Shown here: positions 25,561-40,463 of the stretch, piece after piece
Position numbering within the stretch: position 1 is the first letter of the stretch
Layout: each line of letters starts with the position of its first letter
From: Parasitella parasitica NRRL 2501
Taxonomy: Eukaryota; Fungi; Mucoromycota
Assembly: GCA_025201805.1 (NCBI GenBank)
Contig: MU619331.1
Span: forward strand, 6,458 to 70,457
Direction of reading: 5' to 3'
DNA: 64,000 nucleotides
The notes under the pieces: generated by a model
The model's input: the letters and a program-made list of their open reading frames with translations, nothing else
Database searches by the model: none
Told to the model about the DNA's origin: nothing
Made by a program: the position numbers and the translations under genes

Positions 25561-26025
25561 TCTCCAATGCTCCCATTGAATTGTGTGTTGTTGTTTAGGA
25601 GTATTTATTTATAAATCAGCAATATGTCTTTGCGTTCCTCCTGAAATTGCGAGGACTTTTGAATAGACATACTCGTCTGCTTTTCGTAAATATTTCATGT
25701 GGGGATCTATTCTCACCTCAACTTGAGCCTTGCAAGCAGCAGGGGCGATTACTCACAGCTTGATTCTAACACAGGAAAATAAAGCTGTCTTTGCACATTA
25801 TTTTAATTATTTAGACCCTTTCTTAAATGATATTTATTGGATCGCCTGAATTGGCCATGGATATTTATACAATATACATTTGAAGGCCATGCCCAATAGG
25901 TACTGTTGCTATGTGAAGTATATCCATTATCAATTAGCGAAATAGATCGGCCCCGCAGAATGTGCCGTGCGCTCAAATCATTGGAACTTTCTGTTACGGG
26001 TCCGTAAATTTTACCGACTGATACA

Positions 26026-26095
26026 NNNNNNNNNNNNNNNNNNNNNNNNNNNNNNNNNNNNNNNNNNNNNNNNNNNNNNNNNNNNNNNNNNNNNN
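26026..26095. other. Assembly gap (N run)
   Basis: Run of N. Confidence 0.99.
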
Positions 26096-26525
26096 ATTTT
26101 TATGAGACCAGTGATTTGATAAATTCCAAATTGTGTCTGCGCACATAGCAAGTCATTGTTTAATGATGTCTTTTGCATTGAGAGTATGCATGTATGTCAT
26201 TTCGAATTGATGATCTTCACTTTGGGACAGTGTGCCACTGATATTTATAGATGGCTGACTGGAGCATATTTATCCGAAGATACAAAAGAAAAGGATCATA
26301 AAACATCCGCCAATGTTACTTTATTCCACGTGGTACACTGCAAAATGAAAGAAAAAAAAAAAAAACTAATTCAACAACAGAAAGTTTAATTGTACTCGTT
26401 CTTCTTTTTTTTTTTTTTGGATTGAGTGATTCTGTTATTCTGTTATTCTGTTATTCTTTTCCTCTTTTCTTCTTTTTCCTCTTTTCCTCTTTCTTCTTTG
26501 CTCTTCTAGTGTTGTTTACTATCAA

Positions 26526-29500
26526 ATGAAATTCACAACTCGAGCCATCAACTTTGTCAAAAGAAACAAGAAAGCAGATGAGGACGACCAAGATGACGCC
26601 AATGACAACGATCAGCAGCAACAATTGCGACGCATGGAATCCACATCATCGTATATGCAGCAGAGAAGACACATCTACGTCAATATGAAGCTACCATCCT
26701 CAGAATACGACGACAAAGGAAATCAGATTCATCACAATTATGCCGGCAATAGAGTGCGAACAGCTAAATACACTCCACTTTCATTTGTGCCAAAGAATTT
26801 GTTTGAGCAGTTTCGGAACGTTGCAAACTTGTACTTTTTATTCCTGGTCATCCTGCAGTGCATTCCTCTGTTTGGCGTGACAGAGCCTGCTGTGTCTGCA
26901 TTGCCGCTCATTTGTATCCTCATCATCACAGCCATCAAGGATGCTCTGGAAGACTGGAAGCGTAACCAAAGCGATGATAAAGTAAACAACTCTCATGTGC
27001 TCAAACTAACAAATTGGCGCAACGTAAATGTGCCTGAGATCCGAAAAGGAACATGGTATTTCCTGCATGTTGTTGCCGGATTCTTTGCAGTTATGTCAGG
27101 TGCTGATAACAAATATGCGCACAGCTATCGACAAGCCATTGCTCCATCAGCATCAGCATCAGCATCAGCGTCATCATCATCGGCATCATTATCCATCAAT
27201 GACCAACCTAATATCAAATCGTCAGAAGACCGCTTGCCTTTGACTGAAATAGAGCAAAATGAATTCCCACCGCCACCGCCACAATCACAATCACAGCTAC
27301 AACTACCTACCAAAACGCTGATGAAAAGCGTCAGAGAACGATCAGATACCATTCGATCAGGTGTTTCTGGTATTTTTAGCAGGTCCCATAATAACCACAC
27401 AACCACCAATTTGGAGTTAGAGAAAAAGCCTTATCGTCCAGGTTCAATTCCACATTCTGTGTTATATCGTGTGTCGACAAAAGATTCTGCTGCTGCTGCC
27501 ATGTCATCTCGCATCACTGAAGAAGGGCAAGAATATGAAGAAGTTGACAGAGCAACTTCGTCCCTGAGGCCAATGCCAAGTCATCATAATACTCAGCCGA
27601 TCAAATGCGCTGATGGTTTCCCCGGAGACCCTCCCTCGGCAACATGTCAGGTGAAATGGGACAACGTCAAATGGAAAGACCTGAACGTTGGAGACTACGT
27701 GTTACTAGAGGACAACCGAGATATCCCAGCAGACATAGTCGTACTGTCGACTTCAGAAGCAGACAATGTTTGCTATGTAGAAACTCAAAATTTAGACGGT
27801 GAAACCAACTTGAAGCAGCGTCAAGGACTACCTGGCACATCTGGCCTGCGTACAGAACATGATTGCGAACGTGCTCGCTTTTACATTGAAAGCGAGCCTC
27901 CACATGTCAATATCTATCAATACAATGCAGTGTTGCGCTGGCAAATTGACGCAGACGAAGCAGACACCGTCCGATCGGGCGTATCACATGAAAAAGCGGA
28001 TGCCGTAACATACAACAACATCCTGCTGAGAGGCTGTGTTTTGAGAAACACAAAATGGGCCATCGGTATCGTTGTTTATACCGGAAACGATACCAAGATT
28101 ATGATGAACACAGGCCGCACACCCTCAAAGCGTAGCAAAATTGCCAAGGCTACCAACCCTCACGTAAGTATGGGGATCCACATGTGCCTGTTTCCTTTTA
28201 TTAAGCTCTTTGTTTTCAGGTTATTGCCAACTTTTGTATTTTGGCTTTCATTTGCATCGTCAGTTCGATAATGGACAGTGTTCAGTTTCATGGAAAAGGC
28301 TCCTCGCGACATTTCGACTTTGGAATCGAAGGTTCAAATGCGTCCTATTCTGGTTTTGTTACATTTTGGTAAGTTTGCATATATGGCTATTTTTACATAT
28401 GCGTGTACTAAGGCATCCATGCACAATAAATAGGGTGACACTGATTTTGTACCAGAGTATTGTGCCTATTTCTTTGTACATCTCAGTCGAAATCGTAAAA
28501 ACATTGGCGGTACGTACAAAGCAGTTATGCATGCACCATGACGTTATTTTTTTTTAATATCCCAAGTTTAGGCCTATTTCATCTTTGCAGATCTCGACAT
28601 GTATCATGCTGAGACGGATACGCCCTGCATTGCAAAAACGTGGAATATTTCGGACGATCTTGGACAAATCGAATACATCTTTTCAGATAAAACTGGAACA
28701 CTGACTCAAAATGTGATGGAATACAAAAAGTGCACCATCAACGGAGTTTCCTACGGCGCTGCTACAACAGAGGCTACAATGGGTGCACTAAAGAGACAGC
28801 AAAGTCAGCGTAATTTTAGACAATCCACAATTGATGATACTCGATTTAGCATGAACGACCCTATTCAAAATGTTGGACCCGATGCCACTGAAATGGAGAA
28901 AATGAAAACCTCAATGTTTGAAAAACAGGCCATGCTGTACAAGAACCCTCATATCGGCGACAACCCAACATTTGTAGACCCTAAGCTATTCGATGACTTG
29001 CAGGACGAATCGTCCGAGCAAGCTGCTGCCATCACCCTTTTCTACCAAACTTTGGCACTCTGCCATACGGTCATTGCTGAACGACCTGATAAAGACAACC
29101 CAGATCGCATCGATTACAAGGCACAATCACCTGATGAAGCTGCGCTTGTTGCAACAGCAAGGGATATGGGCTTCGCTTTTCTGGGTCGCGATACCAACAA
29201 GCTGTCCATCAGAGTCAAAAGCGAAGAAAAGACCTTTACACTTTTGAACGTCCTAGAGTTCAATTCGAATAGAAAGCGTATGAGCGTCATTATCAAGCCA
29301 TCCGACAGTGATCGTATTGTGTTACTTTGTAAGGGTGCTGATTCTGTCATTTATGAGCGTCTATGTGCCGATTTTGGTCACCAACACGAACTGGAAAAAA
29401 AGCAGCAAGAGTTACGAGATGCTACTACCACGGATTTAGAGCGATTTGCCAATGAGGGTATGTTTGTGATGCATAAATTTCTAAAGTCTTCTAAATTTGA

Positions 29501-31199
29501 CCCTATACATAGGCCTTCGTACACTGTGTTTATCGTATCGCTTCATTTCTGCCGAAGAATACAAGCCGTGGAACAGAAGGTTTCAGGAGGCGGCCGCCAG
29601 TATCCACAATCGCGAAGAACGTCTAGACGCAGTCAGCGAAGAGATTGAGCAAAATATGCTGTTGATGGGTGGGACAGCTATTGAGGATAGACTGCAAGAA
29701 GGTGTTCCAGAGACCATTGCTGAGCTCACCAAGTCTGGCATTAAACTGTGGGTGCTCACCGGTGACAAGACCGAAACTGCCATCAACATCGGATTTGCCT
29801 GCAATCTATTGACCACTGATATGGAGCTGCTTATTTTGAAGACAAGTAACCGTGCTGATACTAACCAGCTACTGGATGACACTCTGAGAAAGCTTGACAA
29901 AGAGGCTGAGACTGAAGCAGAAGCTGCAATAGGTGCGAGAAAATACGCTTTGATTATTGATGGCACTACCTTGAAGTACGCCCTGGAGAATGCTACTCGC
30001 GATAAAGTGCTTGCGCTTGGTATGCGCTGTACTAGTGTCATTTGCTGTCGTGTTAGCCCCAAACAAAAAGCCCAAGTTGTAAATCTCGTCAAGAAGGGAT
30101 TGAAGGTCATGACATTAGCTATTGGCGATGGCGCTAATGATGTGTCCATGATTCAAGAAGCTAATGTAGGCATTGGTATCTCTGGTGTTGAAGGCCGTCA
30201 AGCAGTGATGGCTTCTGATTACGCTATTGCTCAATTCCGCTATTTAAGAAAGTTGTTGCTGGTGCATGGCCGTTGGTCCTACCTTCGCATTGCTGAAATG
30301 ATTATGGGCTTCTTTTTCAAGAATATCGTTTGGACTTTTGTCTTGTTTTGGTACCAGATCTTTTGCCAGTAAGCGCTTTGTTGAGGTGTGTCGATTAGAC
30401 AGGAAACTAATAATTATGTAACAGGTTTAATGGCTCTATGATGTTTGATTACTCATTGATCACTCTATACAACCTTGTATTTACATCTCTTCCCATCATC
30501 TTTCTTGGTATCTGGGACCAGGACCTGAATGCAAAATTATCTCTCAAGCATCCTCAATTGTACCGTATGGGCATAAGAAATGACAAGTTCAAAGCATGGC
30601 GATTCTGGTTAACCAGTGTAGACTCCGTCTTTCAGTCAGTTGTGTGCTTCTTCTTCCCCTACATGTTACTTGTAGCAGGTGGCATTGACCCTAATGGCTA
30701 TGATGCTAATGGCTTGTATGAGATTGGCACGATTGTATCGGGTATTTCCGTGTGTGTTGCCAATTTCTTTGTCGTGTTTTCCCTGTACAGCTATACTTGG
30801 CTCCATGCTGTTGTAAATGGTTTGTCCATCCTCGTTTATTATGCGTTTGTTGCTGTATATTCTCAGTTCAATACCTTTATCTTTGCTGGGCATCTGCGTT
30901 TGCTCGGTACTGGTTCCTACTGGCTTGTACTCATCCTAACCTGCGTTGCCTGCTTCATTCCTCGCGTAACTGCTAAACATTATTTGCACCAGTATCACCC
31001 GTATGATAATGATATCATCCGTGAAATTGAACTAGTAATATACAATGGCATAAACGGTCGAGATGATGAAATACCTTGTGAAGATATAGTTGACGTTGAT
31101 GAGGAGCTGGCCTCAAGATCAACACCGTATTCACTGTGTCAAGATCGCAGAGAAGAACCGTCTTTACAAAAACAGCAACAGCTAGAACAGGCCGAATAA
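26526..31199 (+). CDS. P4-ATPase phospholipid flippase (Dnf1/2-like), multi-exon
   Basis: NRVRTAKYTPLSF, ETQNLDGETNLK, IFSDKTGTLTQN, QSPDEAALV, LWVLTGDKTETAINIG and AIGDGANDVSMIQ. Confidence 0.96.
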
Positions 31200-32356
31200 A
31201 CTTATCCGCCTCGCCAAGTTCTTTTCATCTTGGAGCAAAAATGATCTATTGCTATATATTACTACTACGCCTTTAATTATTTATTTATTTTTGTATTGTA
31301 CTTGTGCTAATGTAAAAGTATACCTAATAAAACTTGTTCAATGTATTATAATTTAAAGCAATTAGTTTAGACATATTGCAGTGTCAGTTCAGAAAAAGCT
31401 GAAGCTCTTGTAAGGCAGTTCAGGTCGTTTTTGTTCAGAAATGATAATTGGTTCGGGAGAAGGTCCATATCTAGCAATTGCTGTAGAATCTTGATCCTTA
31501 TAAAAACTTGTAGCATGTGCTTACTTGCTCCTCATCTTTGGAATATTTCTTCATAATGACTTTCATGCATCTATATGGTTTTGACTTGGAATCACTACAA
31601 AATGATAATATACGGATACAGTATAGCAAGCCATATTCCGAAAGATTCGTGTTGTAATCATTGTAATATTTCACGACCAAGATGTGCTTTTCACCACCCT
31701 TATTGGATATAATTTTGCTATATATTGGTCGGATTAAAATAAAGCTGATAATGGGCGATATATACCGCACTGTGGTATGTTGCCGACCACAGGATAATTA
31801 CAAGATTGTTCGGCTAAATAGGATTAGTGTGACATAAAATGATATGAACACCTCCATTTGAAGTATACATCTATGAAGTAACATGGAAGACCAGAACTTG
31901 TTATCAGTTCATAATCACTAGTAATTTATGTATATATATCCAAGTATTTGCGCTGTTGTACATCCAAAATTTGCAAATCTATTTACATTGATCGGCTCAA
32001 CAAGTAGACATCTATGATCGGTGCAGCACGAAACAAATAAACACTGTTAAGCGTGTAACTCCTATAATAAAGATGCCAAAAATACCGTTATTGCTATTGC
32101 ATTGCATCTCTGAAACTGTCGACCTGATTGAAAAATATAGGAATCCGCATAATGTATATCAACACAAGGGAGCTTAAGCAATTCCTCGAACACCCCAGAG
32201 ACAGCTGATGCTACAATTGGATAAATGTTTCGCAAGAGGAATTCAATATCCGTATTGCTTGGCATTGACGTTATGAATACGGTATATATTCTGCAACAAT
32301 CCTTTCTCAACTATTTCCTTCCTCTTTCTTTTTTTTTCGTTTATTTTTTTGTAAGA

Positions 32357-34160
32357 ATGGAGAAATTATCTAAAGCTGAATACGTTGCTGTGCCTACCAG
32401 CGACACTGAACGTGAAGTAGGATTGCCTCCTTATGAAGAGCAAGAAGCTATTACTGCCGACAAGTCAAAGAGTAATTCATATAAACGCATTTCTGTCATG
32501 CTGTCATGGCCCACTGACCACCTTGCAATTTCAATGTAGGCCGTAGACGTTTCAGATTCTTGTTGATCGGTGGTGCCGTTACTCTCTTGGGTTTGACCCA
32601 TCTTTGCACTTCTGGAGCCCTTGGTGGGTCCAATGTAAGTATATTGAAGATAAGATGATAAACCATTATGTTATTAATCACTCGGCAAACAATAGAGTAT
32701 TAGTGATATTGTAAGCAAAGCTAAATACACAGCAATTATTATAGAATAGAGTTATTAATCTGTTAGTTAGGATCTTTTCCCTGAAAATGCTCCCGAGCCT
32801 TGTGCTGTAAGACATTTGGATCAATATAAAGAATTAAAACACCATATGGATACCTTGGGATATTCTTTCGGTGGACCTCACCATGCCCTTTCGGGCGCCC
32901 AAGCTGCTGAAGAATACAGACCTCATTGTAAGCACCGCAAAGATTTCAAGGAAAAGCACTACAAGAGTCATGATGAGTTAGTCTCTGGTCGAGATGAAGA
33001 GAAGCCTCATCATCATGCACAAAGTAGCGACCACCACGGCCACCATAAAGATGAGCAAGTTCACTCTCATGGTGAAGGCCATCATTGCTCTCAACACCAT
33101 CGAGAAGAAAGTGCTATTCAGAAGCATGATGGTGGCCATAAGAAACATGAGCCTTTCTGTAAGGCTGAAGACCTTATCTCTAAATTTTCCGTCTTTGAAT
33201 TCTCTCCCGAGCAATTCAAGCGTGCTGCTATCTTCTCTGACGGCTTCTTTGACAGAGGCAGCCATATTGTTCTATCCAAGTCTACCGACGACTCTCTCAA
33301 GAACGTCAGAGTAAATGTCACTGTATCTGCTGGTCGTGACGATCTTGCTCAAGAGGTCAAGGTATCTGCTTTTGATCATGATGGCGAATACTCTGTTCAA
33401 GTTGAACATGGTCATTTCCATCGACCTCATCGCTATGCTCTTCAGAATATCAAAAAAGGCAAAAAAGAAAAGGGTCACAAGAAGAAAAACTGCCTCATCT
33501 ATAATGTTGCCGTCGAATTTCCTTCCAACCTTGATTACTTTGACCAACTTAATGTCAAGGCCAAGGATGGTTTCTTCAAGGGTGATAAAGACATTGAAGG
33601 CGTCGAATTTGGCTCTATCAAAGCTGGCATTGGCCGCGGAGCCATTATATTTGATGTAAATGCAAAATTTGCACATAACTTCATATTCCTTTTTACTAAC
33701 ATCGATGTCACAGGGCTTGAAAGCAAAGAACTTGTTGCTCGGTGTCTTCAGAGGTGTTGTCATGGGCACTTATCAACCTAGTGAGACCTTCTCTGCTGGC
33801 ACAGTTCACGGTGCTTCCAAGGTCAAGATTGAACCTACCGGCGAAAATATTAACATTACGGCTTCTTCCATTTTTGGTCCTGTCTCTGTAGATATTGTAA
33901 GCGCTTTATAGCATTTTGTGCACTGTAATAGAAGACTGATTTAATTTTTAATTCAGCCCGCTGATAGCTATAAGGGTAGATTCACACTTTTCAATCTTTT
34001 TGGTGAAGCTTCTACTATCGAAGCACCCAATCCAGAAGACATCCATGTCCAAAAGTTCGAGCCTACTTTAAAATCTGGCTATTTCAAGGAAGATAACAAG
34101 CAATCCCACATTGTTGTCGCTGCCAAGCTTAAGGGTGGTGAGAGACTCACCTTTTACTAG
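32357..34160 (+). CDS. Type II membrane protein with a His-rich segment and beta-rich C-terminal domain, multi-exon
   Basis: N-terminal LPPY, RRRFRF followed by a hydrophobic TM, a His-rich region, and highly-expressed-type codon usage. Stop at 34158-34160. Confidence 0.7.
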
Positions 34161-35949
34161 GTTCATAAACATTAAAATAGATAAAATGATAAATTTTATC
34201 ATCCATTCTCTATCAAACCTTTTGTACATTTTTTTCTTTTCCACTAAATCATAGTACAGTACAGTGCCTGGAACCTGGAATCTACCAGAAGCTGATTATG
34301 AAGCTTAACTTTTTTAGTAACATTACCCTCTATTTTTCGTTCTATTTTACATGTCAAGTATTAAAATTACAAAAAAATAAGAACTTTCGAACTGGCATTG
34401 AGCATAATTATAAGCAATAATGGTAAAAGGGCTTCTCTGTCACTAGCAATTAGCAACTTATGAATTATTAACAAATAACAAGGGGTTGTTGCAGCAAAAC
34501 ATTGTATTTATTAATAATCCTCTTCTACTTCCATCTCGATGGGCCACACCTTTTTGATCTTATTACTATTAAGAAAGCTATACCTGTGGCATCAAAATAG
34601 TTGCTTATAGAGCTGTGTCAAGTACTAGAATTGATATTGACGTGATACCATCTCCAGATAGACGTTTTTTACAGCTTAAAAGCAAGAATTTTAGCTTCGT
34701 GTGCCATTTTTGATTGATTTTCATAATCTAAAGTGCCCTGAAAACACCAGAAATAGTATCCATTGGGAAAAAACTATATTATATATGATTTTGGTACAAT
34801 TTGAGCATGATTTTTTTTTCGATGCAAAATGACGGATTTTTTCGATTTTTTCCTTGTATCCACACATCCAAAATCATCGATTACGCATTATCCTCAATTT
34901 TGACCCTAAAAATGCAACTTTTTACTATGGCATATATTGGAGGAAAATGATCGTAAAAGACCAACCCTTGATCTCAAAGACTAAAAATGCCCACTGATTA
35001 AGCAAAATATCGACTTTTCCCTCTTTATCTGTTTTTGAGATTTTTCGGCAGAATTCCTTCCATAGGCATACGGGGATTATGAAAATAACACCATCGTGTA
35101 GCGTGCCCAAATGTACCGCTATTATCATAGACTGACAGCCGTGGTATGCATAGTATCGGAGGATGATATCTTGCCTCAAATGAGTAATTTTGATTTTGTT
35201 TTGTCCAAATGGAGATTCTGAAAGAATTTTCTCTTCCTAATTTTGGACGCGTTTAATCTCCGCTATTAAAGAAAAATAGTGCTTTTTTGAAGAAAGCATT
35301 AGCTTTGAGAAGCCATAGCTTGCCCAGTTTAGAAGAAAAACAACCACGACTTGGTTTATTTAAATGATGTGCTTCTTTGCTTTCTAATGGTAGCACTTTT
35401 ATATCTTTACCTAGCTTGAGATTCTTACGCTCCGATTTTGAAAGATACTTTTCCGAAAAAAGCCAGAAAAGTCGCTAAATTCATCTGATGTCAACTTAAA
35501 AAGTACAAAAACTTGCTCTAAGCTATGCAAATATATAATAAAAAGGTATCTTATGGTCTTATGCATTACTTTGAATTATTTTTTGTGTTTGAGATCGCTA
35601 AACATTGTTTTTTTTTTACAGTTTTCGTCTTTTTTCTGACAATAACACACTGAAGTTCGCTTGACCAAAAAAAAAAAAAAAATCAGGAGCCTAAGATCTA
35701 CGATGGCTTTACAAAGACGCACACTTTTGAACCATTCCAATATTATGGAAAATATGGCATAGTTTTGACTAGCTGTTCTACTGTGCAACTGAATATAGAA
35801 AACCCTGCTTGGTACTTGCCTGATAAGAGACCCTCTACACTAGAAGATGCCAGATCACCTGAAGATATAAAAAAGTCCCAGAGAAACGGAAACAATCTGC
35901 CACCAGGATAACACACTCACTTAAAAAGAATTATCTTTATAGAAATGTT

Positions 35950-36050
35950 ATGAAATCTCAAGGACATAAATGTGTTTATCTTTAAACTTGCTCTCCGTTC
36001 CTGAATCTAATTGGAGGCTTTTGATCCAAAGTCAACAGATACACTTGCAA
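35950..36050 (+). mobile_element. Tc1/IS630 transposase C-terminal relic
   Basis: GHKCVYL*TCSPFLNLIGGF*SKV corresponds to the consensus GYKCLYLPPYSPFLNPIEEFWSKVK. Confidence 0.6.
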
Positions 36051-37419
36051 CTAAAATCACAGATGTTTGTCAATAGAAAACCATGACTTCTTTTAAAAGA
36101 CTACCTTAAACTTAAAGATAAGATGTAGATAGCTTATTTTACTACACATTCTCTTTGTATTTTCACTATGAATGAAATAAACCGATTACTCTTTCTCTCT
36201 AAACATGGAACGAAATCTTTTTAGGCAGACATTTCTCTCCTCTCAAAAACTTCTTAGCTTTTATCAGAGATAAAAGGTTTGTTACCAGAAACCTTAATAT
36301 ATATTATCACAATCACAATAACAGTACACTGCCATCGTTTCCTACTTTTTGGGCGGTCTCATTTTTTTTTGACTATTATAACGATGCTTCATTAACTGTT
36401 ACAGGTGCTGTACAGAGAATTGAATGATTAGTTAATGCCTCAACCATCTTTTGTTTGTTTCTAGTGTATATAAGAGAGAAACTGCATTATTAATCAATCA
36501 AAATTTTTTATCTTTATATCTCGGAGAAGTCTCTGCTATCTCAGCGAATTCAAAAATGCAAAACATATGAGCCATTGATTTAAAGCTTTGTAGCTGTATA
36601 CTCCCACAGTATCGTGCCTCGTATCTTTCATCGCACCAAGTTTTAATAGATTTGTTTATTTATCAAGTCCTATATTGTGAGACCATTGATTAGAGGTACT
36701 AGATGCATTTTTTCGAAAAAAAAAAAAAGGTTATGCAATACCTAATGCTCACAAAAATGCAATGGATATTATATAATCCCAGTGCCTTTATCAGGAACTT
36801 CCAATGCCTTTTATATAATGTCTTCGGACGCCAATTACGTCAACGATGTTAACATGTACGTCGACTGCATAATGATTTTTTACGCTAATGATTCACTATT
36901 ATTTTAGACCCGCCATATGTCAAATACATGCCCGTTGCCCATTCTATATTACTGTCCGTTATTATCATGTTCGTTCTATATACTTTGGTCCAATAAACTA
37001 GTATTTTCTTTTCATATAAGCGCTTCAAATGTTACAAAAAAAAAAAAAAAACTCTTAATTTTATGTTTGTGTCTTCGGACTTATTTAGTTTTAGAGCTAA
37101 CGATAACAGGAATATTAACTTTTAATTTTCGAAAAGAATGAGGATATTGGCTTGAAATATAAGATAGAATTTGGTACAGCAAAATAATTGATATCTTCAT
37201 TTGATTTTTAATCGTCTAGATTATTAATTAAATTCTTCATCTCAGTTGAGTGAAACAATCCCCTAGAGCGTTTAGCGAATAGGGTGCTATGGAAGCAATA
37301 CTGGCAGAAAATATTATTGGGCAATCAGAAACCATGGCAGCAACCATAAGGTATATAAGCTTCCACGTTGAGATCTACAAAGCACTAAAATTATAAAAAA
37401 ATACAATTCATTTTTTAAA

Positions 37420-37980
37420 ATGCAAGAAGCTCTTATTATCGTTGACGTTCAAAATGACTATTTCCCCGGTGGAAAATTGCCTACTTGGAGGCCTGAAGAA
37501 ACTGCTAATGAGATAAAGAAGATTTTGGACAAATTTAGACAAGATGGCAAAGAAGTCATCCACGTTGCTCATCACGTAACACCTGAAGTGGAAAAAGTTT
37601 TGCCTATCTTGAAAAAGGGTACTCGAGGTGCAGAGTTTCACGAAATAGTCAAGCCATTAGCTTCTGAAAAGGTTATCTACAAGAATTATTCTGACAGCTT
37701 CGTTGCTACCGATCTTAAGGAGTATCTTTTGAGCAAACAAATTGATACAGTCATTGTCGTGGGCATGATGATGCACAACTGTGTAAATGCTACAGCTTAT
37801 TCTGCGACTGATGAGGGTTTCAAGACGATTGTTGTGGCTGAGGCTGTCAATACTATGGATCAGGAAATCTTTGGTGAAGTTATCCCGGCTGAGACTATTT
37901 GGAAGAGCTTTTTAGCAGGTATTAAATTTGCTTATGCTCAGGTCAAGAGAGTAGATGATATTTTGAATGGAAATTACTAG
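37420..37980 (+). CDS. Isochorismatase-family cysteine hydrolase (intronless)
   Basis: ALIIVDVQNDYFPGG, K.YSDSFVATDL and GMMMHNCVNAT give the D-K-C triad. TATATAA about 70 nt upstream. Confidence 0.92.
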   Translation: MQEALIIVDVQNDYFPGGKLPTWRPEETANEIKKILDKFRQDGKEVIHVAHHVTPEVEKVLPILKKGTRGAEFHEIVKPLASEKVIYKNYSDSFVATDLKEYLLSKQIDTVIVVGMMMHNCVNATAYSATDEGFKTIVVAEAVNTMDQEIFGEVIPAETIWKSFLAGIKFAYAQVKRVDDILNGNY

Positions 37981-38089
37981 TCTGATTCAACATTTAGCGT
38001 ATAATCGAAATGTATAAAAATAAATCCTACTGGATGCAGTTGTTTTAAACAGTACAAAAATATGCTTTGTTTATTTTTGCATAATATAC

Positions 38090-39177
<1,088 letters not shown>

Positions 39178-39716
39178 TTTTGATGGTTGTTTGATTTTCT
39201 GACATTTAGTCTTTCTATTTATTGCTCAATCACATTCTCCTGAATGGATAAAATACGGATTGCTTATTTGCCGATGGCCGTATTAAGGCTTCCATTTAGA
39301 TTCTCAAGGGTAAAATTGGCTGCTTCGAATTAATCATCAGATACAAGATGTTTGCCACCTATTTTTGGTGAAAAATGCTTCAGATAGTTAGTACGAGCTC
39401 TGGGATACCATTTATCGTGGTTCTAAGTGTTTAGAAAGGTCAGAGAGGATGTAATTTCTAACAAAATTGCGTTAAAAAATTAATTTGTGATTATAAAGTG
39501 TGATATTTACAGAAAATGAGATTATCAATGAAATGCCATAGATGTAATGCCATTTATTTCACTAATGTGGCCATGCAACAGATTCTTTATTATTGCCAAT
39601 TATAGCAGAATTGAGTCCGGTTCGGAGTAGCTTGATCATTGTCAATGAAGGGCAACAAAGACATCCAGAGCAATTGTGTGGCAAACCTAATTCTTCCTCT
39701 TTAAAATTAACACATC

Positions 39717-40463
39717 ATGGGTGCGTACCATCAATATAAAGTAATGGATGGTTGAATTTAATAGCAATAGAGATGGATATGCACAATTAGATAGTAGATG
39801 GATGACTCGATTTTCTTTTATTTCTGATCGACAATAAATGACATTTGATGGATACGCGCAATCAGTTTGAGCGACCAAGATATTTCAACAATGTATACAC
39901 ACGTACACATATACACGTATACGCCCTCTCTCTCTCTTTCTCTCGCTCGCTTTACATGGTTTATTGCTATTGAATTCAGCCAGCATTTGTCTGTTGTGAA
40001 AACCATTGACTTATCGTAATAATATTTAGGTAAGGGACAACCTAGAGGTTTGAATGCTGCTCGTAAGCTTCGTATTCACCGTCGTGACCAACGCTGGGCC
40101 GATAAGGCCTACAAAAAGAGAGCTCTTGGTACCGCTTTCCGCTCTTCTCCCTTTGGCGGTTCTTCTCACGCCAAGGGTATTGTCCTTGAAAAGATTGGTG
40201 TTGAAGCCAAGCAGCCTAACTCTGCTATTCGTAAGTGTGTCCGTGTCCAACTCATTAAGAACGGTAAGAGGGTCACTGCTTTCGTCCCCAATGATGGTTG
40301 TTTGAATTATGTTGATGAAAATGACGAAGTTTTGATTGCTGGTTTCGGTCGCAAGGGCCGTGCTATTGGTGATATTCCTGGTGTCCGCTTTAAGGTCGTC
40401 AAGGTCGCTGGCGTTGCCCTCATTGCTTTGTACAAGGAAAAGAAGGAGAAGCCCAGATCTTGA
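39717..40463 (+). CDS. RPS23: 40S ribosomal protein S23 (uS12); exons 39717-39720 and 40030-40463
   Basis: ATGG|GTAAGGGACAA gives [15 protein letters not shown]. Also [22 protein letters not shown] and KEKKEKPRS. Confidence 0.97.

Noticed and set aside
26429-26456. (TTCTGTTA)x3 and pyrimidine tract upstream of the flippase
   Set aside because: Ordinary simple repeat in a 5' UTR or promoter.
29583-30149. Antisense ORFs over the flippase, RPS23, THI4, GSIII and KRI1
   Set aside because: Shadow frames of conserved genes with biased codon usage; no independent evidence.
31380-31800. LINE ORF2 relic (ATSFYKD..DSTAIA on the minus strand)
   Set aside because: Similarity is too short and degenerate to support.
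39795-39865. Box C/D snoRNA in the RPS23 intron loop
   Set aside because: Boxes are degenerate (GGATGA, CTGA, TTGA) and I could not identify a guide target. Needs a snoRNA scan.
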